DNA of 38,594 nt from a virus: IMG/VR virus record IMGVR_UViG_3300025362_000002, positions 1 to 38,594 of that record, one strand, 5' to 3'. Positions 22,413 through 31,446 of this stretch are shown one piece after another. Numbering within the stretch: the first letter of the stretch is position 1; each line of letters starts with the position of its first letter. The notes under the pieces are model-generated. The model did not search any database and had not been told where the DNA came from. It saw only the letters and a program-made list of their open reading frames with translations. Made by a program: the position numbers and the translations under genes.

Positions 22413-23384
22413 CTAGTATGTTGTGATATCATCTCGAGCTACTACACTTGTGAAACCATCACACGCCCACACGACATCTACGTTGGTTACTCCTTCAAGA
22501 TTTGTTGAAGGCACTGCTCCGAGTACATAAAAATTCCCGAAAGTAAATAAAGCCTGATCGTCTCCAGTTCCATCTTTGTCAATTAATAAAGTGTTAGTCC
22601 CTGTCAATGCTACTCCGCCGTCCCAGTCATCGAAGTACGTGCTGTCTTTCACATTAACATTGAACCGACCGGTGATTCTGAAAGTCTTAGGAATAGGTTC
22701 TCCGAGCAATTCATCGTATGAACTATTGCAGTATCGACTATCATTTTCTTCGATGCCATTATCAACAGTTATTTCTCCGTTATTGACTTCTTTGATTTCG
22801 CTTCCTTCGAGCGTCCATTTAACCATTCGGTATTGAAAAGGATTCCGAGTAATATTTCCTACAGACAAAGTGGTTACTGCACTGCCTGAACTCACATCTT
22901 GCCCTACGCAAGTAAGAGCCACACCTAGAAACCCTTCAGTTCCTTCGCCTGTTGCTTTTTGAAAACTCAAAGTAGCACTCTTTATTGCATTTCCTATGAC
23001 TGTAAGTACATGACTCGTTGTTGCTCGCTTAGCCCACTCTAGTCGATAAGATAAAATACTATTTCTCATTGTGAAAGTGTGAGTTTTTACTCCACCATCA
23101 TCTGCATCTGCAACAGCCATAAGATATTTTAACCATTTCCAGTTAACAGGAACCAAGTTCATGCTGTACGGAAGTGTCTTTGGTCCAACTACTCGACCTT
23201 GCACAAGACGATCATCCGCGCCACCACTAAGTATTTCTTGCCATCCTCGGCCCCAATCAGGCTCTATGGTCACGTTAAGTCCTATAACTTCGCCACCTGT
23301 CATTGTACCACCAGTACCGTATGAGGTCTCTTCAACCCAACTCATTCGTTCTCGTTTTCCTATTAAAAATTCATCAAATGCCAT
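22413..23384 (-). CDS. Major tail (tube) protein candidate
   Basis: 323 aa, directly upstream of the chaperone pair. The call rests on position only. Confidence 0.5.
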   Translation of the reverse strand: MAFDEFLIGKRERMSWVEETSYGTGGTMTGGEVIGLNVTIEPDWGRGWQEILSGGADDRLVQGRVVGPKTLPYSMNLVPVNWKWLKYLMAVADADDGGVKTHTFTMRNSILSYRLEWAKRATTSHVLTVIGNAIKSATLSFQKATGEGTEGFLGVALTCVGQDVSSGSAVTTLSVGNITRNPFQYRMVKWTLEGSEIKEVNNGEITVDNGIEENDSRYCNSSYDELLGEPIPKTFRITGRFNVNVKDSTYFDDWDGGVALTGTNTLLIDKDGTGDDQALFTFGNFYVLGAVPSTNLEGVTNVDVVWACDGFTSVVARDDITTY

Positions 23385-23399
23385 TCTTTTTCATCCTCA

Positions 23400-24101
23400 T
23401 TAATTTATTCTGCCTATCTTTAATCCCCTACAAATGAACTCCACAGTTTTATGATGACACTGCAACTCTTCATCAAAGGGTAAGTCAGGAGGCATTCCTA
23501 CTGGATCGTACCCATAAAGTGCCGGGAATAATTCTTCTTCATTATCTTCGAACGCTTGAGTGATTTGATAAGCAAGATATTCCGCGAGGTCATCTCCGGT
23601 ATAACTATTGTCGTCAATAGTGAATATTTGATTGTCTTGTTTCTCTTTCACCCATATATCTATTTGTATTCTAGGGATTGCTTCGACTGGTGCTTCATAA
23701 TTCCCGAGCCTTTTTCCGGGAGAACTAACCACTAAGATGTTAATTCTTGGGAAAGATAAAGCCATCAGTTTCTCGTTTGGCTTGTCTGCGTATATCCAGT
23801 CTGTACTTCCTTCGTAATAATTAACCACAACTGCAGCTCCACCGGTTACGCCGTCAAAGAATACGATGTTTTCGTTCTTGAAATCAATATAATAATCCTG
23901 CCATTTAGTTTTGAGTATTGCATCTACAGTCACAGAGTCAATATAACTAAGGCTTTTTCCTGCAGTTGGTGTGAGAATAAATGTTGTTTGAGAAGCAGTT
24001 GCGGAGAAGGTATCACTATTACTCACTACCCTTGCTCTTGGATCAGTGATGTTCTTTCTTAAAAAATCTACGATTATCGTCTTGGGACTTAAGTATACCA
24101 T
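23400..24101 (-). CDS. Tail completion/terminator candidate
   Basis: 233 aa, between the gp10-like gene and the tail tube gene. The call rests on position only. Confidence 0.35.
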   Translation of the reverse strand: MVYLSPKTIIVDFLRKNITDPRARVVSNSDTFSATASQTTFILTPTAGKSLSYIDSVTVDAILKTKWQDYYIDFKNENIVFFDGVTGGAAVVVNYYEGSTDWIYADKPNEKLMALSFPRINILVVSSPGKRLGNYEAPVEAIPRIQIDIWVKEKQDNQIFTIDDNSYTGDDLAEYLAYQITQAFEDNEEELFPALYGYDPVGMPPDLPFDEELQCHHKTVEFICRGLKIGRIN

Positions 24102-24176
24102 TTTTTCGCCTCTTGGCTCGGAAACAACAACAAGATACGCCTCTTGGCTCTTGTCATAATTATCTATCCGGTCCTA

Positions 24177-24195
24177 TTTTATTTAAATATTTTTA
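24177..24195 (-). promoter_or_regulatory. Conserved AT-rich promoter-like module, copy c (identical 19-mer to 235..253; TTTAAATA at 24180..24187)
   Basis: Read directly. Exactly 22 nt separate the octamer from an ATG at 24157. Confidence 0.5.
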
Positions 24196-24207
24196 TGTTC
24201 AACCAAT

Positions 24208-24666
24208 CTATTGCTTCCCGAAAACTTCTTCTTGATAAAGAGGAAGCCACACTATTTGTACTTCGTGAAGTGCAGGTCTGAAGAACGGTTGAGCATTAAC
24301 ACCCTTTTCTCGGATCTTCTTTTGCACATACTTTGCGAACGCTATTTGACCGCCTTCGGTCGTTCGGATCCCTTTTCTTCGAACCCATTCAATAAGTGGT
24401 TTCATAGACACGTTGTGTGGTCTGTTTCCATACTCTAAATCTGCACCGTATGATACACCATCAGAAAGCGTATACTCTGCTGCTCCGAATTGCATCGGTG
24501 ATAAATGGATCCTATTCTTCAGCATCCCAGTGTCCACTGGTGCTTTGTCTTTAGCAATCTCTTCCATCTTAGTCATTGCTTTCCACAAGACCTTCTTCAT
24601 TCCTTTCACGCTTCGCGCTTTCAAATGATTAAGATTTGGAGTATCAACAGTTACTTTCGCTTCCAT
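24208..24666 (-). CDS. HK97 gp10-family head-tail joining protein
   Basis: AKDKAPVDTGMLKNRI...YGADLEYG...AQPFFRPAL matches the gp10-family pattern (AP.dTG.L..si ... Y....E.G ... aqPF..pA). Confidence 0.65.
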   Translation of the reverse strand: MEAKVTVDTPNLNHLKARSVKGMKKVLWKAMTKMEEIAKDKAPVDTGMLKNRIHLSPMQFGAAEYTLSDGVSYGADLEYGNRPHNVSMKPLIEWVRRKGIRTTEGGQIAFAKYVQKKIREKGVNAQPFFRPALHEVQIVWLPLYQEEVFGKQ

Positions 24667-25190
24667 TAGTCAGTCCCATCTAAGTTCATGTTTTGCACGA
24701 TCGCAATCCTATAAACTTCTGAGCCTGGGAGATACCACTGTTTAATAATTTTGACTACTCTGAACTGGCCTGTGTTTCCTTTTCCTTCGTACAGCTTAGT
24801 GTCGTTGATAACGTCTCCTTCTTTAAGCTCATAAGTGTCAGTAACTCCGCCTGAAGTTACGCTGTAGCTTGGTTTAAAATAGAACTTTCTGCTTCCTGGA
24901 ACAGCCAACCCCATATCATGGATTTTACGATCCTTAATTGTAATATCTTGAAACATCCCATAAATTCTGTAATCAGTATTTGTTATTGTTGTTACATTCC
25001 CTAGACCATCTTTGGTTGTTGTTTCTCGCTCGAAATAATAAACATCTCCATGAGCCAGTACAATCTCATCAAAGTCTGCCGATGCATCACTATGGAACGT
25101 ATCGCTGTCGTACGTGTAGTCAAACTTAGAACTATCAAACTTTATTGCATCGTCTCCTGCAACATCATACTTCGTAAAAACATAACCCAT
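24666..25190 (-). CDS. Head-closure / head-tail adaptor candidate
   Basis: 174 aa, directly upstream of the gp10-like gene with a 1-nt overlap. The call rests on position only. Confidence 0.4.
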   Translation of the reverse strand: MGYVFTKYDVAGDDAIKFDSSKFDYTYDSDTFHSDASADFDEIVLAHGDVYYFERETTTKDGLGNVTTITNTDYRIYGMFQDITIKDRKIHDMGLAVPGSRKFYFKPSYSVTSGGVTDTYELKEGDVINDTKLYEGKGNTGQFRVVKIIKQWYLPGSEVYRIAIVQNMNLDGTD

Positions 25191-25192
25191 GT

Positions 25193-25558
25193 TTAGCTCA
25201 CTCCTGCAAGCAAGGTCCCTTCGCTAACGATAGAGGATCCGCTTTCTATTGCAATTTGTAAACTTGTTACTGTGACTCCTGAATTAATAGTTGCGACTGC
25301 ATTGCTTTCTACAAGGAAAGTTTCTCCACTACAATCAAGGTTTGTGAAAATAACTGTGTTTGTTGAGATGGTGCAGGAAGTTGCTTCTCCAAGAGTAAGA
25401 TTGACACTATCCGCTGAAGGAATAGAGTATCCACTTGTTAGACTGAGATTTACTGAACTAGCACTTGGAGGGGTATATGCTTCAACCAAACTAACCATAG
25501 CTATAACTAACAAACATATAAGACCAACCACTATTAGAGATCTATTTTCTTCTATCAT
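25193..25558 (-). CDS. Small secreted/anchored protein with an internal PSA(S/D)SVNL(S/T)L repeat
   Basis: N-terminus MIEENRSLIVVGLICLLVIAMVSLVEA|YTPP looks like a signal peptide or anchor. ATGA overlap with the stop of the 1208-aa gene. Confidence 0.55.
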   Translation of the reverse strand: MIEENRSLIVVGLICLLVIAMVSLVEAYTPPSASSVNLSLTSGYSIPSADSVNLTLGEATSCTISTNTVIFTNLDCSGETFLVESNAVATINSGVTVTSLQIAIESGSSIVSEGTLLAGVS

Positions 25559-28500
25559 TGTGTCACGTTAAGGAAATGTTTGCAGTCTGAATTAATTGAT
25601 TCATTAGTAGGTTCATAAGCTACCACAAAATAATTCTTTCCTGTATCATTAAGTAAAAATTGATAATATCCTGAAGCATTACTTGTTTGATTTTCAATGA
25701 ATGCGTATGTTGCTTGATCATAAAGTAATACTGTTGCTGAAGGAATAGCTACTGAAGAACCATCTAGAGTATATCCTGTAATTGCTCTCAATAAATAACT
25801 AACATTTAATGCTCCACTAGTGCTTGCTGCAGACATTAAAGTAACAGACGCTGCATTTCTACAAGCTAAATAAACACTATTGTAACCACTATCTGCAACG
25901 AATGCATCTGCAACAGATAAAGAACAAACTTGATCATATGACCCTGTTGTTGTACAATTTCTATCAGTACCCATTATAGTCCAATTAGCATCAGTTATAC
26001 CTATACGGCAATCAGTAGTTTCGTTAGTTGAGAATCTTATGGTTGGTGTAGAGTCGAGAGTATCTGAAGGTGTTGCTTGATTTGTTCTCCAAACTATAGA
26101 CTCTGCATCATCAGTTGCTGTTGAATGATTATAAGTGGAACTTAATATCCCTGGAATGGTTTCTGTGAGATTAAACAAACTGAGTACATCTGTTCTGTAA
26201 CTATTAGCATAATCAACAACCAAATGTGTTGAGTTACTATTTAACGTCACGTACCCATTCGCATCATTACTCGCCATATCATCAAGACCATAATAAGGAA
26301 TACTGTTTATTACTTCGTAACGATTAGCATGAGTATGACCACTAAAAACAGCCAACACTTTCCCACTATCTTCTAATATTGTTCTAAGAACTGTTTTATT
26401 AGTTACAGGATACGTTGCATCATTATCAATTTTAAAATGAACAAAAACCAAAACATTATTTTTAGTAGTTGCTTGAAGTGTGCTATTAATTAAATCTAAT
26501 TCTTCATCCCAAAATGAAGCGAAATCACTCCCATTTGAACCATCAAGGAACATAAACAAAAAATCTTCATACTCCCACGTGTGCAAAAAACAAGTTTCAT
26601 TATCATTATCTGTTGTACAAGTTGTTTTAAAATCATATTCAGGATGCCAATCATATACATCAGGCTTATCTAGAACTGCGTGCTCGTGATTACCAATAAC
26701 TGAACCCCAAAAATATTTATTAACAGCAGTATTGTTTGTTTGTCTTAATCTCCAATCTTCAAATTCAGTCCATGCTTGTGCATCACTAGTAAAGCCTTCT
26801 CGTTGATGTGTGTGATCTCCCAGACTAATCATAGCACCATAATCATTAGCTAAAACATAATTACTTAATGTATTCAGTGCTGGTCGGTTATCACCATTAT
26901 AATCGTTGTCATGAGATATATGTAAATCACTGTATAATAATAATTTCAGAGTATCACTTATTCTTGTAGTTATTTGACCGTTTGAACTATCTGAATAAGC
27001 ACCGTTTTCTGCAAAAGCACTCCAATTGTATAAAGTGTTCTCTGTTAAACCAGTAAGTCTTAACCATCTAGCACCATTTGAAACAGTAACATTTGAGAAA
27101 CTTAGAACTGCACCACCAATACTAGGTTGTAAGTACGCACTAAAATTATAACTTGATGAACTGTTTAAATGAACAACTGCTGTTGTGCTGTCAACCCAAC
27201 GCATACCACTTGACACAACGAAAGGAGAAACTGTTAAAATTATTGTTTCGCTTAAAATGTCACCATCGGTATTGTTTACACTAACATTTATTGAATAAGC
27301 ACCCGCACTTAAAGGCGAAGAATTAATAAAATATCCTGTGCTATTCATACTAAAGCCACTTGTTGCATTAATAAAAAAAGTGTCAATAGTATCTGAAGTT
27401 GTCACGTTATACTGAACAGCAACCGAAGAAGTTTCAGGAACAGAAAAACTTGCAGGTGTTTGAGTCCAAGCAAAATTTGAACCATAAGGATCAAGTACTA
27501 CTCCGCTATTATTTAATACTATTATTTCTGCTTCTGTTATTATCCTACTAAAGAACATTATTTGGTCTATTCCACCATCAAAATAGTCTTGAGAACCATT
27601 CTCATGTGCTCCTAGGGTATTATATATTGCAGTTATATCTGTTAAATCACTTGCATCTGTTCCAGAATATTCTAGGTTTCCATTCAGATACACCTTTTGA
27701 TTGCCACTCTCAAGAAGTACTACAATATGATTCCATTGATTTAATGGCCAATCAGGCAGAGTACCATCTGACATCTTCCAATTATTCCCTATCTCATAAT
27801 CTACATTTAATTTCCCACTAGTGTCTAGGATAATATGAAATTTATTACTAGTGTCTTCAAGAATAGATATAATTCTATCATCTTGTCCTGTAGCAGTTGA
27901 TGTACTTTTTGCCCACACACTTATACTTGTAGATGGGTAATCGTCTACTGTTAAAGGCATAGTCATAGAATCTGTAGTACCGTTAAAATCATAGTAATAA
28001 TTTGTACCGCTTTCAAGTGTTCTCACAGACCCGTTATTAATTAAAGTAGAAGCATTAGTACCATCACTTAGTAAAGAAGTATCATTATTATTATAACTCC
28101 AACTTTCAAAGGCATCATCTACTGCAGCTGATACGTCTGTAATAGTGTATACAGCTGTAGTGGAAATACTATTGTTACTAGTGTCGTTAACACTGATATT
28201 AATAGAGTAATCTCCAATACTAATAGCAGTAGTATTACTCAGATATCCTGTAGTATTCATGCTAAAGCCAGTTGTTGTGTTAATAAAGTAAGTATCAATA
28301 GCAACACTATCTGTAGCATTATATTGTATCCCTATACTTTCTGCATCTGTAAAAACTACATTTGCAGGTGTTTGAGTCCATGTAGGGTCTGTAGTGTCAG
28401 CAGCTCCAGGTACAAAATTTCGCCCAGCTGTATTAATATCAGCAATATCTGCAGCACTTAGGGATCTATTCCAAAAGACAACATCAGAAATTTGACCATC

Positions 28501-29181
28501 ATATATCTCATACAAAGAATTATGTGTTTTAACACCAATACGTACCTCTGGTGCATCAGTATATAAAGTCCCAGCTACTGTTTTGTTTGCTACTAACACT
28601 CCATTTTTGTAAAGTTTTACTTCTTCTGTAGCTAACTCACTATCAAAAGTAGCAGCAACAAATGCCCATCCTTCTCCGACAGTGACAGTATCATTGTCAG
28701 AATCTAAAAGTCCAGAACCATCAGTAATACTTTTATATTCATACCTCAAAGCACCACCAGTTGTTATTCCAAAAGTCCATACAGCATTACCAGACCCAGT
28801 ATACCATTTACTAGCAATAGTCTCTCCTGCAGAATATGCATCTGGATTAACCCATGCTGTAACAGTCATAGCAGTACTCATACTCACAAAATCTGCATTA
28901 CTTGCATGTTTCACATAATCATCAGTACCATCAAATTCAAAGGCAGTTTTATCTACTGTTAAAGCAGCCTCATTCATAATACTAAAATCATAGCTATTAT
29001 CAGTTAAATCTACTAATCCTGTTTGACCACTTTCATTAAATAGTGGAATGTGTGCAACTTTGCCAGTATCCCAATCTATAGCAGAAACAGGACCCATACA
29101 CAACACTAACATGCTGATAATAATGAATACAAGTGATATCTGTTTGTACATTTTATCTTTCTCCCATATATTTTGTCTCAT
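25555..29181 (-). CDS. Large secreted multidomain protein: signal peptide, (LamG-like + Ig-like repeat) x2, FN3-like, calcineurin-type metallophosphoesterase, C-terminal beta domains including a CarboxypepD_reg-like domain
   Basis: 1208 aa.
- Signal peptide MYKQISLVFIIISMLVLCMGPVSA (alternative start at 29151 with a GGGAGA SD).
- LamG-like FEFDGTDDYV...MTVTAWV and YYDFNGTTDSM...ISVWAK.
- Phosphoesterase motifs DLHISHD, GDHTH, GNHEH, VHF, GHTHANRYE.
- ITGYTLDGSSVAIPSATVLLYD...SGYYQF fits CarboxypepD_reg. Confidence 0.7.
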   Translation of the reverse strand: MRQNIWEKDKMYKQISLVFIIISMLVLCMGPVSAIDWDTGKVAHIPLFNESGQTGLVDLTDNSYDFSIMNEAALTVDKTAFEFDGTDDYVKHASNADFVSMSTAMTVTAWVNPDAYSAGETIASKWYTGSGNAVWTFGITTGGALRYEYKSITDGSGLLDSDNDTVTVGEGWAFVAATFDSELATEEVKLYKNGVLVANKTVAGTLYTDAPEVRIGVKTHNSLYEIYDGQISDVVFWNRSLSAADIADINTAGRNFVPGAADTTDPTWTQTPANVVFTDAESIGIQYNATDSVAIDTYFINTTTGFSMNTTGYLSNTTAISIGDYSINISVNDTSNNSISTTAVYTITDVSAAVDDAFESWSYNNNDTSLLSDGTNASTLINNGSVRTLESGTNYYYDFNGTTDSMTMPLTVDDYPSTSISVWAKSTSTATGQDDRIISILEDTSNKFHIILDTSGKLNVDYEIGNNWKMSDGTLPDWPLNQWNHIVVLLESGNQKVYLNGNLEYSGTDASDLTDITAIYNTLGAHENGSQDYFDGGIDQIMFFSRIITEAEIIVLNNSGVVLDPYGSNFAWTQTPASFSVPETSSVAVQYNVTTSDTIDTFFINATSGFSMNSTGYFINSSPLSAGAYSINVSVNNTDGDILSETIILTVSPFVVSSGMRWVDSTTAVVHLNSSSSYNFSAYLQPSIGGAVLSFSNVTVSNGARWLRLTGLTENTLYNWSAFAENGAYSDSSNGQITTRISDTLKLLLYSDLHISHDNDYNGDNRPALNTLSNYVLANDYGAMISLGDHTHQREGFTSDAQAWTEFEDWRLRQTNNTAVNKYFWGSVIGNHEHAVLDKPDVYDWHPEYDFKTTCTTDNDNETCFLHTWEYEDFLFMFLDGSNGSDFASFWDEELDLINSTLQATTKNNVLVFVHFKIDNDATYPVTNKTVLRTILEDSGKVLAVFSGHTHANRYEVINSIPYYGLDDMASNDANGYVTLNSNSTHLVVDYANSYRTDVLSLFNLTETIPGILSSTYNHSTATDDAESIVWRTNQATPSDTLDSTPTIRFSTNETTDCRIGITDANWTIMGTDRNCTTTGSYDQVCSLSVADAFVADSGYNSVYLACRNAASVTLMSAASTSGALNVSYLLRAITGYTLDGSSVAIPSATVLLYDQATYAFIENQTSNASGYYQFLLNDTGKNYFVVAYEPTNESINSDCKHFLNVTQ

Positions 29182-29186
29182 GCTAA

Positions 29187-29300
29187 TTACTTCCCCCTTT
29201 TTCTAGGTAATATTACTGCTAATCCACCTAATAGTAATATGCCTATTATAATTAGTCCAGTCAGTAGATGAGGTGTTGATATAACTATTTTCTTGTTCAT
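29187..29300 (-). CDS. Single-pass membrane micro-protein (37 aa, below the ORF-track cutoff)
   Basis: Hand translation MNKKIVISTPHLLTGLIIIGILLLGGLAVILPRKRGK*. ATGA overlap with the upstream stop. Confidence 0.5.
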   Translation of the reverse strand: MNKKIVISTPHLLTGLIIIGILLLGGLAVILPRKRGK

Positions 29301-29827
29301 TCCGAAACCTCAAAAAATAATTTCTTAATAAATATTGCTTTAGACTCCCCGTTTAAACAATTTATAGAACCATCGTTTTCTATATTGCAACAAGTTTGAC
29401 CACCACCAAGAACATACTTCCCATCACCATCTATTAAACTACAACATTGAATAAAGTTATTTTCTTGCACACAATCATAATTTTGTTTAGAATAATTAAT
29501 GGTTTTAGAATCCCAAACTACAAGACCTTCTTGAAGTACAGGCTTAGTAAGATCTTCTATATCTACATCTAACAAATAACATCTAGTTGCAGTCGTTCTC
29601 TTACACCATTGTATAGAGTTTTCTAGTTCGCAACGATATTGTCCTACTGCAGGATAATCCTCACTTACATAAGTGATTGCTGAAATGTTTTCCCAAGTAC
29701 CATAACTTCCAAGTTTACAAACATCATAAGATGGTCCACTAATTGGATTCGTAAGAACAATAGTTGTTCCACCACTAACAATAATTAAAGTTAGTATCCC
29801 TAGTATTACTTTTTGAGTTAATTTCAT
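29297..29827 (-). CDS. Secreted/anchored cysteine-rich protein
   Basis: N-terminus MKLTQKVILGILTLIIVSGGTTIV. Many Cys residues are spread over the mature part. Confidence 0.55.
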   Translation of the reverse strand: MKLTQKVILGILTLIIVSGGTTIVLTNPISGPSYDVCKLGSYGTWENISAITYVSEDYPAVGQYRCELENSIQWCKRTTATRCYLLDVDIEDLTKPVLQEGLVVWDSKTINYSKQNYDCVQENNFIQCCSLIDGDGKYVLGGGQTCCNIENDGSINCLNGESKAIFIKKLFFEVSE

Positions 29828-31446
29828 TAAGTCATCACCGTGTGAGTTCCGTTATAATAAATATAATGAGCACAAGTTACACCATCAAGACATACTTTGT
29901 CTGTTGAATCCACAGTGACGTTTTTGAAAGTCACAGCACTAGTTGTTGTTAAAGCCTGATTAATATAAACATCAGCTATTTGAGTGTCACCTATACTTCC
30001 TGCTGTAACGCTTAAACCATCTGAGTCTTGAGTTAAAGCAGTATTACCTGCAACACTGAAAGTTGTTCCCGACAAAGAGATACCATTTCCTGCACTGTAT
30101 GTTGCTCCTGAAGGAGTTGCACATTCCCAAGCACTACTCGTTCCGTTATAAGAATAAAATTGTGTGTTTGCACATGCTGCAAGACTGATCGTTCCTGATC
30201 CTGTAATTGTACCGCCACTTATTGGACTTGTTGTTGCTACACTCGTAACTGTTCCAACATAAGATTCTGATTGTAAATATTCAGTACAACTTCCGAAGTT
30301 TCCTTTTGTATCTATTGTTTGAGGTGCGTATCCTGCGCTACAATCTGTGGGGTTTGCTGCAAGGTCTGTTGCTGTATCAGCGTTTCCTATTAAGTCACCA
30401 ATAAAAGAGTCACTTGCAGATATATTACCTATAACATCTAGTGCTTCTGATGGTGTGTCTGTATTAACACCTATGTTCCCACTTGTTCCAATAAATAAAC
30501 TATGTTCTGCACTACCAGCTTGTATTTTGAAAACATCTAATCCTGTATTAACATCTTCTATCACAAAATATCCGCTACCATCTACTCTTGTTTTCCAATC
30601 TCCACCACTCGCGTAATCTTTCACTTCAAAAGAAGCACCACCTAATCCATATCTATTATATGATAAAAATATAGGTTCGTAACCGTCTGGCATTAATTTT
30701 AATACATTTTCGCTGCCGCCACCAATATTACTTTCAATAAGGAGTTTTGTATCTTGTAACGTGTGAGTTGCATTCCACATCGGCAAATAAGTATTTGTTC
30801 CAGTACCATCAACATAATTAGCAGTTACACCATACGCAACTATTGAACTATTCAATTCAGCTTCATCAAAAGTTAACACATTAGATAAATCACTAAACCA
30901 TTTAGATTGAATAGAGGTCATGCTAGCCCAACTGGTTGCTGTATCTGAGTGATTGACATTTAAGTTCGCTTCTTCACTCTGAGCAATATAAATCCCATCT
31001 GCTGCACTCTCATTCCATGATTGATTGTCATAAAGATTTAAGGATCCTTCAGTCAAGTCATCAGTAGTTTTCGCGCTCAAATGAGTATCAAATAATGCAC
31101 TGAGCCATGATTCTTTAAGCTGTAATATCAAGCCAGTACTGAATTGTGTTAAGTTCGCACTCGTGAAACCATACCATTGAGTAGCTATTCCTGAAGTTGC
31201 TGAGTGATTAACATTAAGGTCTGCTTGGTCTGTTTCGCCATCCCAACTCGTTGCGCTATCAGCGTTACCAGTAATGTTTCCAGTGAATGCACCATTGAAA
31301 GTTGTCGCGTTCACATTAGTCGCATTATAAATATCGTTAGTGCCCATCTCGAGATTCTCATCTACTCTAAAAGGCCCAGCCATAACAAGTCCCGAACAGA
31401 GTAAAACCGCAAGGATTATTCCGATTAAATTAATTGTTAGTTTCAT
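29827..31446 (-). CDS. Fibre-like protein with a signal-peptide-like N-terminus
   Basis: MKLTINLIGIILAVLLCSGLVMA|GPF. GNADSAT/GNADTAT fibre-repeat-like motifs, two LNVNHS(A/D)T repeats, and G-x-G-I-S-L type beta-repeats at the C-terminus. Confidence 0.55.
   Translation of the reverse strand: MKLTINLIGIILAVLLCSGLVMAGPFRVDENLEMGTNDIYNATNVNATTFNGAFTGNITGNADSATSWDGETDQADLNVNHSATSGIATQWYGFTSANLTQFSTGLILQLKESWLSALFDTHLSAKTTDDLTEGSLNLYDNQSWNESAADGIYIAQSEEANLNVNHSDTATSWASMTSIQSKWFSDLSNVLTFDEAELNSSIVAYGVTANYVDGTGTNTYLPMWNATHTLQDTKLLIESNIGGGSENVLKLMPDGYEPIFLSYNRYGLGGASFEVKDYASGGDWKTRVDGSGYFVIEDVNTGLDVFKIQAGSAEHSLFIGTSGNIGVNTDTPSEALDVIGNISASDSFIGDLIGNADTATDLAANPTDCSAGYAPQTIDTKGNFGSCTEYLQSESYVGTVTSVATTSPISGGTITGSGTISLAACANTQFYSYNGTSSAWECATPSGATYSAGNGISLSGTTFSVAGNTALTQDSDGLSVTAGSIGDTQIADVYINQALTTTSAVTFKNVTVDSTDKVCLDGVTCAHYIYYNGTHTVMT

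Noticed and set aside
26287-26949. Calling the metallophosphoesterase domain the missing endolysin
   Set aside because: Calcineurin-type phosphoesterases are not known wall-lytic enzymes, and the protein carries its own export signal. I kept this only as a hypothesis inside the lysis finding.
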